Part shown: positions 1 to 11,942 of the stretch, in pieces
Layout of the letters: each line of letters starts with the position of its first letter
Numbering within the stretch: the stretch's first letter is position 1
NCBI RefSeq assembly: GCF_009834535.1
Contig: NC_045697.1
Coordinates: forward strand, 25,112,001 to 25,176,000
Length of the DNA stretch: 64,000 nucleotides
Direction of reading: 5' to 3'
Source: Camelus ferus
Lineage: Eukaryota
Notes under the pieces: generated by a model
Told to the model about the DNA's origin: nothing
The model's database searches: none
The model's input: only the letters and a program-made list of their open reading frames with translations
Made by a program: the position numbers and the translations under genes

Positions 1-613
1 CGATACTGGTAAATTTTTATTGTGACCTTACCACGTGCTAGGCATTTTGCATAGCTTAACTTCTATGAGGAATTATCTATGGTCCAGTCCTTCTGCATAT
101 TATAGAAAGTTAAGGTTATGCAGTGTACCTTTAACCCAATTGACTAAAATTGTTAGTAAGAAGCCTACCATCTCGTCAAAGGGCACCACTTGTTAGCATT
201 GATGCCAGACAGGTGCCTGTGTCACGTGCAGCTCTTTCACAATTAAACAATAAGAGTGCTAATAGTGTTTGTTTCACACATAACATGTCTCAATGCTTTG
301 CTGTGATAAATACCAATGTGGTGAGAGAAGACAAACACATGTCAAAGGAGTAATTTCTTTAAATGAGATCATATATTCCTCAAACACTGGAAATTTTCCT
401 AACGAGGAAATTCTAAACTTAAAGAATTCCAAATTTGTAACGGTTCTCCCTTAAGCTCTGTTCAATTAACAGGCACATTATGTAATCACATTCATTTAAA
501 TCCAGATGGAAGTCCTTTAGAACATTTTATAACATATCCACTATATTTACTAGTTGTGCTACAACCAGCACATTAAAGTTCAATCATTCTAAACATAAAT
601 TAAAAAAAAATAT

Positions 614-3600
614 TGAGGATTTCTGATTCTCAGTTACACATGTATGGAGCTTGGAAGCTGGCACCCCATACTAACAAGCGAAAAACCAAAGAAACAGAAA
701 AAACAACTCTCTTTGGATCCATAAAAGAAGAGAGAACAAAGAGCAAAACCCAGCCCCCAGTACTGGGGAGACAGCAGTGAACACAGGCCAGGAGTCATGA
801 CTTACCAGAGCAGTGACCTGAGGGTGAAACTGCCACAGGAACCAGGGCCGGGCAGGAAAATCCAAACTGCAGTGGATGAATTTGCTGAAGGCTCAATGTG
901 GGAGGCTCTGAGAGTTAACAACCTCACCAAGAACCAGTCGTGGGGGGCAGAGCGCTCCACAATAATGAGAGATTTGCTTCCAGGAGCTCAGCCAGGTTCC
1001 CACAGTAAACATCAGAGAAAAAGCCCTTCTTGCTTCCTGCAAGAAGAAGGTAAAAGGAACCACTCTGAAATAAGCCTGCGCACTCTGATCCTCTTAATGA
1101 GGCCTGCCCTCAGGTGAAACTAGCTAACCAGAGCCTAACGGACAAGGGGAAGGGAAATCCCCAACTCCAGCCCATCTGCACCATCCTTTCCCATCTAAAT
1201 ATTGAGGTAAAAAACAAACAAAAAACCAAAACAACAGAGAAACTGCTGTAAAGCTTACAGTCCAGAGGCATACACTGATACCTAATCACTGGGCTACAGA
1301 ACACTTCTGCAACCCCACACCTTACCTCCACATTACTAAGCACCTGTTGGTACCAGTCCCTTGTACCTGCTTCATCATGTTTGGTTATCAAGAAAAAATT
1401 ACAGTCTATACCAAAAGATAAAAGAACAAAACAAAAAACAAGCAAAAACTCAAACACATACACAATTTAAAAGGCAGAGCAAGCATCAGAACCAGACATG
1501 GCAAGGGTACTGAACGATCAGACTGGGAATTTAAAGTAACTATGATTAACCTGCTAAGGGCTCTAATGGATAAAATAGATAGCATACAAAATCAGAAGGG
1601 CGACGTAACCTGAGAGATGGAAATCCTAAGAAAGAATCAGGAAGAAATACTGGGGATCAAAAATACTGCAACAGAAACGAAGAATCACCCTGATGAGCTT
1701 TTTAGTGCATTGGACACAGCTGAGGAAAGGCTCGCTCAGCTTGAGGATATTTCAATAGAAACAGCCAAACCTGAAAAGAGAAAAAAAGACTGAAAAAACA
1801 GAACAGAGTATCTAAGAACAGTGAGACAACTACAGAATGTGTAACATTCTCATAATGAGAATATCAAAAGGAAAAAAAAGCAGAAGAAATATTAGAAATA
1901 TTAATGACTGAGAAGTTCCTCAAATTAATGTTAGGCACTGAGCCAAAAATTTAGGAAGCTCAGGGAGCAGAAACTAGAGTAAATACTGAAAAACCTGAAC
2001 ATAGGCATATTTTCAAACTACAGACAATCAAAGATACAGAAAAAAATTTCTGAAATAAGCCAGGGTTGGGGAGGGGGATACAGTACCTATAGAGAAACAA
2101 ATACAATAGTTATATACAACTTCTACTCAGAAACCATGCAAGGGAAAGAGAGTAGGGTGAAATTGTTAGTGTTGAAAGAAAAAAAAAAAAAAAAACCAAA
2201 CCAGAATTTTGCATCCTAAGAAATTATTCTAAGATTATCCTTCAAAAGTGAGGGGAAAACAGACTTTCTATTTCTCAGAGAAAGAAAAATTGAGGGAATT
2301 AGTTGGCAGTAGACCTGCTTTGCAAGAAATTAAAAAGAAATAGTTTAGATAGAAGGAAAATGATACTGGTTTAAACATTTTAATTGACCTAACAGATAAC
2401 AGTTTGTTTAAAATAGTATTAGCAATAATGTATTTGATTATGTATGCTTATGCATATAGTATATATACATGCTTATATAATGAAATGAATTACAGCAATA
2501 AGACAAGGGATGGGGTAGAAAAATTAGGATTATGTTGTTATTGTAAGGTACTCCCACTACCTGTGAGGTGTTTTGGTGTGTTACTTGAAAGTGAACTTGG
2601 ATTAGTTGTAAATGTATGTTGCAAATTCTAGGGCAACCACAAAACAAAGTGAAAAATAAATATAACTGATTTTCCAAGAAAGGAGAGAAAACGGAATCAT
2701 GTAAAATGTTCAATTATAATCAAAAAGGCAGAAAAAAACTAGAAGATTTAAAAACGGTACAAAAAAGGGCAACAAATAGAACCTAATAACAAATATGGTA
2801 GCTATTAATCCAACTATATCATTAATCATTTTGAACATCAAAGGTCTAAATGTACCAATAAAAAAACTGATTGTCAGAGTATGTCAAAAAACAAGACCTA
2901 ATTATATGTGTCTGCAAGAAACCAACTTTAAATACAATGACACATAATTTTAATGTAAATGGATGGAAAAAATATACAATGCTAACAATCAAGTGAAAGA
3001 AGCAGTTTTAGTAATTTCAGACAGAGCAGACTTCAAAGCAAGGAAAGCTATCAAGGATAAATAGATATTACATAATGATAAAGGAGTCAATTCTCTAGAA
3101 GACAAAGTAATTCTTAATGTGCATGCATCTAACCACAGAGCATCAAACCACATGAAACAAAAACTAGTAGAACTGCAAAGAGAAACAGATGAATCCCAAG
3201 TCATAGCTGGAGACTTTCACACATCTCTTCCATAAATGAATATTCACAGGCAGAAAATTGGTAAGAACATAGAGGAATTCATCAACACTATCAGTTAACT
3301 CTATATAATTGACATCTATGGACTACTTCATCCAACAATAGCAGAATTTATTCTACTCAAGCTCACATGAACATTCACCAAGATAGAACACATTCTGGGC
3401 CATAAAACACACCATAAGAAATAAATCAAACAAACAAACAAACAAAAAACTTACAATCTCTGTTCTTGGACTACAATGAAATTAAACCAGAAACTACTAA
3501 TAAAACAATAACTGGAAAATCCCCAAATATATAAAGATTAAACAACATGTCTAAGTAACACAGTGACCAGAGAAAATTTCAAGAGAAATTTTAACAGATT

Positions 3601-5525
3601 TTTAATTAAATGAAAACACAACTAATCAAAATTTGTGGGATGCAGTAAAAGCGGTACTTAGAGAAAAATTTATTGCATCGAATGCATATATTAAAGAAGA
3701 TTTAAAATCAGTAGTCTAAGTTACTACTTTATAAAAGTAGAAAAAGAAGAGAAAATTAAACCCAAAGTAAGCAAAAGAAAATAAATTGTAAGAATTAGGG
3801 AAGAAGTCTATGATGTTGAAAACAAAATTAACAGAGAAAATCAATAGAACCAAACCTAGTCCTTTGAAAAGATCAATAAATTTGAATGACCTCTAGCCAG
3901 GCTAACAACGAAGAAAGAGAAGGTACAAATTACTACATTATATAAATGAAAGAGGGGACATCACTACAAATCCTATGGACATTAAAAATATAAACAATAA
4001 GTGCTATGAACAATCTAGGCCAATAAAGTTGATATCTTAGATGAAATAGACCATTCCTTGAAAGACACAACCTGGCAAAATTCAAGCAAGAAGAAACAGA
4101 CAAATTAAATAGGCCTATATTTATTAAAGAAATTGAATCAGTAATTAGTATATTTCTGAAACTTACTAAGTAACAGACCCCAATGGGTTCTTTGGTGAAT
4201 TTATCCAAACATTTAAGGAAGAAATTTTTTTTTTTTGATTCTTTACAGTATCTTTCAGAGGACAGAAGCAGAGAGAATACTTCCTAACTCAAGGGACCAG
4301 CATTACCCCTAAACCAAAGCAGACAAAACAGTACAAAAAAACTACAGATCAGTATCTCTCATGAACACAGATGCAAAAATCCTCTATAAAATATTACCAA
4401 ATCAAATCCAGTATTATATAAAAACAAATATACACCAAGACCAACTGAGACTTATCCCAGGTATGTAAGACTGGTTTAACATTTGAAAATCAATGAATTT
4501 AATCCACCACATCAACAGGGTAAAAATAAAAAATAAAAATCACATAAGCATATCAATAGATGCAGAAAAAAACATATGACAAAATCTCAAAATCTAACAT
4601 TTATTATAAAAACTCTCAGTAAACTAGTTATGGTGGTTAAATACCTGAACTTGATAATCTACAAAAAACTAGAGCTAAAATCATAATTAATGGTGAGAAA
4701 CTCAAAGCTTTCTTACTAAGATCAGGAACAAACAAGTATATATCCTTTCACAACTCTTTTTTCACCATCCTAGGAAATTCTAGTTGATTAAATAAGCCCC
4801 CCCAAAAAAGAATAAAAGTGATAAAGATTGAGAAGCAAGAAAACTGGTTTTGGTTTTGGATGACCTGATTGTCTATACAGAAAATCTGAGAGACTCAACA
4901 ACAACAAAAACACACGACTCCTGGAACAAATAAGCAATTACAGCAAGGTTGCAGCATATGGGTTAATATGCAAGAGTCAACTACTTTTTTATATACCAGA
5001 CATGAAAAAGTAAAATTTGAAATTTGAAAATAGCTTAAAAAATTAAAAACATAATACCATTTACATTAGCACCTCCAAAAATAAAACATTTAGATATAAA
5101 TCTAACAAAATAAGTACAAAATCCATGTGAGGGAAATACAAAACTCTGTTGAACAAAATCAAAGCAGACTAAATAAATGGGGAGGTATATCATGTTCATA
5201 AATAGGAAGACTCAATATTGTCAAGAAGTCAGTAATTCCCAACTTGATCTATAGATTCAATGAAATACCAGTAAAAATCTGAGCAAGTTATTTGGTGCAC
5301 TTTTGACAAACTGATTCTAAAGTTTGTATCAAGAGGCAGAAAATCCAGAATATCACCCTTGGTGTTAATGACTTATCAATATAGTTTCATTGATTCTAAC
5401 AAATACAATACCCTGGTGGAGAATGTTGATAATGGGCAAAGCCCTGTATGTGTCAGGGCAGGAAGTATATAGGAAGTCATCTTAATTCTGCTGTGAACCT
5501 AAGATTGCTCTAAAAATATAAACTG
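614..5525 (+). mobile_element. LINE-1 (L1MC-type), near full length: 5'UTR, ORF1, ORF2 endonuclease/RT, internal 3' deletion, 3'UTR tip; degenerate
   Basis: A-rich plus strand. ORF1-like region ~1480-2350. ORF2 endonuclease start 'atggtagctattaatccaactatatc...ggtctaaat' ~2794. RT-like blocks 'atatctctcatgaacacagatgcaaaaatcctc' ~4355 and 'ggatgacctgattgtctat' ~4858. Abrupt jump at ~5352 to an L1MC-type 3'UTR end (…gctgtgaacctaagattgctctaaaaa). Many stops and frameshifts. Confidence 0.92.
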
Positions 5526-5849
5526 TTTCTACAATTTCTTTTTCTTTTTCTAATTATAAATAAATTCTGTAGTAGTCAACATGCCAAGGTTTCTAGCACT
5601 AATTTCCAAATGTTTTACAGGTGTAACTAATTAAGGTATTAATTTTGACACATATATATCACATAGATTTCTCAGTAACTAAAAGAGATCAGCACAAATG
5701 TCATTATGAATTATCTGCCAGCTGTAGTTAGAGGACATCTGAAAATGTCAACTCTTAGATCATATATTAATTTATTTGCTCACATTTTTTCTTTCCCTTA
5801 AGGTTCTGCTCAATACAGTACTTCTGGGTAGAAATTAAAATCAATGAAA

Positions 5850-6130
5850 AGGAGTCACTATATAAAATGACTATTCTCCCACAAATTAATCTAATAAATT
5901 AATGGAATTAAAAATAAACTTTCAATGGGATATTTGGTGAATTTGACAAGCTAACTACATATTGGAAAATATCAACTAATATTTTACACATGAAAATATA
6001 CAAGAATACCAAATGAATATGAAGAAGGACTTGTTATATGAGGTAACATAGCAAACTTTAAAGCTGTAAAAATTCAGGGAATATGCTACTAATGCAAGGA
6101 AGAGAACAGGACTGTAGGTAGAGTGAAGAG
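5850..6130 (+). mobile_element. Old L1 (L1ME-like) ORF2 fragment
   Basis: 'attctcccacaaattaatctaataaattaatggaatt…gaatttgacaagctaac' resembles late L1 ORF2. Confidence 0.55.
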
Positions 6131-6224
6131 AGTACTTTCACTCTTCATACTTTCATGTGTCAGTATCCCTTTTTTTAATTACAAGAGAATGTATTTGTAT
6201 ATTATTTGTACAATTTAAAAAACT

Positions 6225-6465
6225 AAGAATAGCACTATTTGCTAACATTTCAGAGAGCTTTGTGCTATTAATTGTTCCAGGTGTTTTCACAGGTCTTGTC
6301 TCGCTGAATCCTCACAACCACCTTACTGTCCTTTTATTTCAGAAGAGAAAACTGACACCAGAAGAATTAACTTGCCTAAAGTTGCACAGCATAGAAGTGT
6401 CAGGGCTGGGATTTGAATCAGGCACCTTGGCTCCACATGCTATACTCTTAATCGCTATACAGTGC
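6225..6465 (-). mobile_element. MIR SINE
   Basis: Core 'aatcctcacaacc…cagaagagaaaactgac…aacttgcctaaagttgcacagc…gggatttgaatc' is the reverse-complement MIR core. Confidence 0.85.
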
Positions 6466-6726
6466 AGAGTTTCCAGAGCCAAGAGGGAAATGTATCCAGT
6501 ATATAGCAGGAAGATAACTAAGCAAAGTTAATGAAAGATATATGAGTATGTCAAATTTTCACAAAACAAGGAGCTATATTTATACATATATATACACATA
6601 TATATATTTCATTTATATTGCATAATGTGTAATATTATATATAAATATATATATAATGTAAAGACAATTTCCCAAAAAAATCTAAAGAAATTAAAATAAT
6701 CTAAATATAATTAACTGTAAAAAGTG

Positions 6727-7278
6727 TGTATTAGTTTGCTACTGCTGCCTAACAAATGGTCAACAGATTTAGTGGCTTAGAATAACACCTATTTATTAGC
6801 TAATAGTTCTCTAGGTCAGTCTAGCATTGCATAACTGGGTTCTTGCTCAAGTTATGACAAGATAGGGCTTTTATGTTGCAGCACTGAAGTATCAGTCTCA
6901 GGCTGTTCTCATCTGGAGGCTTGGAGGAAGATTTTGTTTGAAAGCTCATTCCGATTGTTGGCAAAGTCATTTCCTCATGGTTGTAGAACTGAGGTTTCCA
7001 TTTTCCTACTGTCAGCTGGAGCATTCAGTTCCTAGGGGCTACCTGCCCTCATCTTGCCATGTGCCCCACTCTATTTCAAAGCCAGCAATGGAAAATTTCT
7101 CCTGCTCAATACCACTTATGATTTAAACATATCTTATTTCCTCTTTGTCTGACCACTAAACCCAGACTTAAAGGGCTGGTGCAATCATGCAGGCTCATCC
7201 CAATATTCTCCCTATCTTAGGATCAGCTGATTTGGGATCTTAATCACATCTTCAAAATCCATTCACAGTAGGGTCTAG
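6727..7278 (-). mobile_element. MaLR LTR (MLT1 family)
   Basis: Starts 'tgtattagtttgctactgctgcctaacaaat…ttagtggcttagaataacac', the reverse complement of an MLT1 3' end. Confidence 0.8.
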
Positions 7279-7665
7279 TGTGATGATTATATTAGTTTAA
7301 TTAATTTTAAGCTTTGGTGCCCAGTTGTTCAGTCAAACACTAATCTAGATGTTGCTGTAAAGGTATTTTTAGATGTGACTGACATTTATAATCAGTAACA
7401 AAGTAAAGCAAATCATCCACATAATGTGAATGGGCTTCATTCAATCATTTCAAGGCTTTTAGAACAAAGACTGAAGTTTCCCAAAGAAGGAGAAATTCTG
7501 TGTTAGGGTTGCAACACAGAAACCGTGCCTGAGCTTTTAGCCCATTGGCCTGTCCTAACAAGACCACAACATTATCTCTATACCTGAATTTCCAGCCTGC
7601 TGTCCTGCCCTATAGATTCCACACTGCTAGCCTCCTTAATTGTATGAGCTGGTATCTTAAAAGCT
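7278..7665 (+). mobile_element. ERVL LTR (MLT2 family)
   Basis: 'ggtgcccagttgttcagtcaaacactaatctagatgttgctgtaaaggtatttttagatgtg…ataatgtgaatgggcttcattcaatc' is typical of MLT2. Confidence 0.8.
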
Positions 7666-7696
7666 CTCAGTCTCATCCTTAACTCCTGACACTTAC

Positions 7697-8041
7697 TGAC
7701 TTTCAACATATCTCGTTTAATCATTCTACTCGCTGATTTTCAATAGCAGGGCTCAGTATAAAATTGAAGATGTAAAGAGGATTTTTCTCTGACATAGGGT
7801 TGCTGTATTTAGGAAATAAAAATATGGAACACACAGTTAAAACTGAAAATCAGATACAGAATGGATAATGTTTTAGTATAAGTATCTCCATGATACTTCT
7901 ACTAAATACTTAATACTTACACTAAAAAAAATCCATTATTTATCTTAAAATCAAACTTAGCTGGTGCCTTCAATTTTATCGGGCAACACTACATTGGGAG
8001 CACTTTTCAATCTTCAAAGAATCTTCCCTTTTTTCTGTTTG
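7697..8041 (-). pseudogene. Exon relic, PX C-terminal-like, split by MER53
   Basis: After removing MER53 and one copy of the flanking 'acat': KQKKGKIL*RLKSAPNVREKSSLHLQFYTEPCY*KSASRMIKRDMLKV, followed by a gtaagt donor at 7696. Confidence 0.45.
7795..7991. mobile_element. MER53 palindromic hAT-type MITE
   Basis: Terminal inverted repeats tagggttgc / gcaacacta; internal near-palindrome; about 195 bp; matches recalled MER53 consensus. Confidence 0.85.
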
Positions 8042-8074
8042 CTTATTTAAGATTTGGAAAGAAATTGTTTAACT

Positions 8075-8198
8075 ACTTAGTATGACACTTGTGTATTTAA
8101 TGGTAACAGCATTCAGCATATAATTAAACCAGTTGGGTTTTAATTGTAAATATATCCAGAGGCAATAATACAGAAGCTCATGGTGTTTTGAAGCCATC
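8075..8198 (-). pseudogene. Exon relic, PX proline-loop-like (3' end uncertain)
   Basis: Acceptor tttttaag| then DGFKTP*ASVLLPL…; donor not clearly retained. Confidence 0.4.
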
Positions 8199-8959
8199 CT
8201 TAAAAACTGATACATATTTGTGTATGTGGAGTTTGCAGAAAGCTTGAAGGATTTTATTAGGTATTCCGAGACTAAAAAAGAATGGCACATATTGCTAAAT
8301 ACATATTATTTAGCAAGTACTACAATTCAGTTGTGTAATAATGAGCTGTTCAAACAACAGTGCTACGTACTTCTCTTCTCTCCCATGTTCATTGGAGACG
8401 CTGCAGCTCTGCTCTCTTACTTCCTGTTAAGGAAGATGGAGGCAGTGGGAGGAAGGCAAGTTCTCTTCACCTGGACTTAGGACATTGAGACCACAGTCGT
8501 GGTTGTGGCATACCAGCTCTTACCCTAGAATCTTCCAGTTTGAAAGTTGATCCATTTTTTCAAATACATAAAACAGCACCAACTTCAAATAAAACAGAAT
8601 CAACTTCAAATGGATTATTGTGAGGATTACATGAGAAAATTTGTGAAAATATTTTATAAAAACTTCATTCCTGTAAATGTTATTGTGATGCAATAATGAT
8701 TCATTTGCTCTCTGGCTGAACTATACCTTCAACTCACTGATATAAAAAATGTTTCTCATGAAAATTAGCACTTGATATTTAATTTTAACTTTTGTCAAAT
8801 AATATTTTTAGAAAAGGTTACTGACATTGCAAAGATTCTATAGAAATCGAATTACCCTGTTACTAACCAAAAGGTTTATTTTAATAGAAACACTGTAGCT
8901 TAGGCAAAAAAGAATAAACAATTTTTATTGTCATGATCATTTGTATATGCATTGTGTAT

Positions 8960-10580
8960 TTTGATTTTTTTTCATTTATAGTCTTTTTCTTAGAGTGGTT
9001 AAAGATTTACAGAAAAATTGAGCAGAGCACTAAGTTCTGATATATTCCCTCTCCCTGTCCCAACAAAATCCTCTATTAGCCTTTCCCAGTGATGTGTACC
9101 TTTGTTATAAATGATGAAATAATACTAATATATTATTATTTAGCCGAAGTCTATAGTTTATATTAGAATCCACTTGTTTTATAGAGTTCTGTGGGTTTTA
9201 ACAAATGCATAGTGTCATATATCCATAACTAAAGGATCATACTGAATAATTTCACTGCCTTCAAATTTCCCCAAACTAAACTTAATTCTTTCCTACTTTC
9301 TCCTCCCAACCCCTGGCAACCACTTAGCTTTTTACTGACTCCATAGTAGCCTTTTCTAGAATGTCATATAGTTGGAATGATATAGTATGCAGTCTTTTCA
9401 GACTGACTTCTTTCATTTAGCAATTTGCATTTAAGGTTCAATGTCTTTTTGTGGCTTGAGATACTTCTTTTAATGTTGAATAATATTCCATCTTATGGAT
9501 ATACCACAGTTTGTTTTTCCATTCACACATGAGGGATATTTTCGCTGCTTCCACATTTTGGCTATTATGAATAAACTATACTACAAACATCTGTGTGCAG
9601 GTTCTAATGTGTACAAAAGTTTTCAACTCATTTTGGTTAAGTGCCTGGGACCACAATTGCTGGACCACATAACAAGGCTAAGTTTAGCTCTGTAAGAAAA
9701 ACTATCTTCCAGAGTGTCTATGTATTTTTACGTTTCCACCAGAAACAAATAAGAGCTCTAGTTGCTCCACCAGCATTTGGTGTTCTTAGAGTTTGGGGTT
9801 TTACCTTATAGGGGTATAAGTGGTTTCATATTAGTGTTTTAATTTGCAATTCCTAATGAAATAGAATTTTGACTATCTTTTCATATGCTTATTTGCTATC
9901 TGTGTGTCATCTTCGGTGAGGTGTCTGTTTAGATCTTTTCCCCACTTCTTAGTTCCATTGTCTGTTATCTTTTAGTTGAGTTTTAGGAGTTCTTTGCATA
10001 TTCTGGATACAAGTCCTTTATTAGATATGTGTTTTGTAAATATTTTGTCCAGCCTGTGGCTTATTATTTCATCCTGTGAACACTGTCTTTCTCAGAGCAG
10101 ATTTACTTTATCATGTTGATTAATCTGGTTCTTCTACATTTCCATATAAACTTTAGAATCAGTTTTTAGATATTTACGAAGTAACTTGTTGGGATTTTGT
10201 TTGTGATTGCGTTTAATCTACAGATCAAATTATAAGTAGCTAATATCTTAATAATATTGAGTCCTTTTATCCATGAATAGTCAAAAATCATTCCATTATT
10301 TTGGTTTTCTCTAATGTCTTTCATCAGATTTGTAGTTTTTCACTATGTAAGACTGTGTGTATATTTTGTTAGATTTATATGTATTTCTCTTTTTTGATGC
10401 TAATGTGAGTGGTGTTTTGTTTCACTTTAAAATTTGAATTATTCTTTGCTGGTATGCAGAAAAGCAACTGACCTTTGTATATTAGAATCCTATCTGGAAA
10501 CCTTGCTATAACTGCTTACTATTCTATGTAAAAAGTATGTTATCTTTGAACAAAAATAGTTTTATCTTTCCTAATTTTTA
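8960..10580 (-). mobile_element. LINE-1 3' portion (L1MC-type 3'UTR plus ORF2 end)
   Basis: T-rich strand with 'ccctggcaaccact…tagaatgtcatatagttggaatgatatagtatg' and 'ctttagaatcagttt…gggattttg'. Confidence 0.88.
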
Positions 10581-11258
10581 TACAAAAACTGAAACATCTT
10601 GTAATCTGTGTACAAGATCAGGAGCACCTGAATCAGATTGGTCCAGCTGAATGTACGAATTCCCTCATTTAGGGGTATCTAAAATGTGAAGCATTGTAGT
10701 GACTGGTAGTGTTAGACTGGTAAATTAGAAATGGTAGTGAAAAATCTCAAGGAGTTTCCAATCAAGTGTGAAAGATGGGAAAGTGAACCAAAATTCCTAT
10801 AGTGCTATCCTGAGAGCCAACCAAGTTCCTAGAGATTAAGTTTAAACTGAGACTTGAGGCATGTTTATGAGTTACATTATATGAGATGAGAAAGAAGTAG
10901 TATGCAAAATTATACAGCATATCCCCTTTTAGTTATAACATATCTTAAAGGATGACTGTAGAAAAAGAAATAAACAAACACGGAAGTGAAAGGAAGTGAG
11001 TGATGGTACTGAAGGTGGAGGTAAGGAGCAGATCCTGAGTAGACATATCTCTGTAGTTTACAAGTTAGAAATTCAATTTGAACACTAGAGAAAGCCAGTG
11101 AGGATTAAATAATGAAGCTCCATGGTCATATGTGCAATCAGAAAATACCAAAGAAAATCTAGAAGTTGGATTTGGATTATTCTTAATAGATGAAGAGAGA
11201 AACTCAGATGTTCTTATGACTTCAACAGAATCAGTGGTGGAACTGATGCAGTCTCTAC

Positions 11259-11322
11259 CTTGGTAAAAGGCACTGGAAAGGATTTTTAAAAATTGTAATA
11301 AATCATCAAAGATTTTATAATC
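11259..11322 (-). pseudogene. Exon relic, PX alpha1-like
   Basis: ttttgtcag|DYKIFDDLLQFLK, then with a 1-nt frameshift SFPVPFTK|gtagag; resembles the PX pattern Y..F..L...LK..FP. Confidence 0.55.
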
Positions 11323-11560
11323 CTGACAAAATTAATAAATTAATATCAACAGTGGCTTTACAAATACAGAAACTAAATATATAGGAAATAAGATAATCCA
11401 AAATTGGCCAGAAATACTACAGTGTTTTGGAACATAATAGGAAAAAATAAAATGCGTAAATCTGAGATAAGTAGAGCCTGGGAAATAAGATTGTTTAAAA
11501 CTAAAAACTAAATGTTTAAGATATTGGCCCAAAGAGTCCTATGTTTATTGGTTTACTTAC

Positions 11561-11684
11561 CCATTCCCTCATATTTTATTCAATGGACATTTTCCCCCAA
11601 ACCACTGTGAATTAAATGCATCGCTGGATGCTAAATATAAAGATTCATAAGAACGTATTTTCAAATCAAGGTTCAGAGACAAAG
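11561..11684 (-). pseudogene. Exon relic, PX beta-sheet-like
   Basis: tttgtag|…FVSEP*FENTFL*IFIFSIQRCI*FTVVWGKMSIE*NMREW|gtaagt; 124 nt, phase 2 in and phase 0 out, compatible with both neighbours. Confidence 0.55.
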
Positions 11685-11892
11685 CTACAAATCAATAACC
11701 AGAAACATAGTAATGCACAAAATGATACTCATATAAAGAGGATAAATAAGGCAACAACAAAGGGGGAAAAAAGGGGGAAGATTTGGTAAGCTTTTTAAAA
11801 GATAACTGTTGTCTAGAGAGCCATCAAGGGTAACTGTTTCTTGGAAACAGCATAGTAATATGAAGCAACAGAAAATCAAGTAGAAGAGATAC

Positions 11893-11942
11893 CTTTTTCT
11901 TTTTTTTTTAACAGCATTTTCAGCAGTTATTTTTGCTAACAC
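11893..11942 (-). pseudogene. Exon relic (linker)
   Basis: ccctaacctag|VLAKITAENAVKKKRK-AG|gtatct; 50 nt, phase 2 out. Confidence 0.5.
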
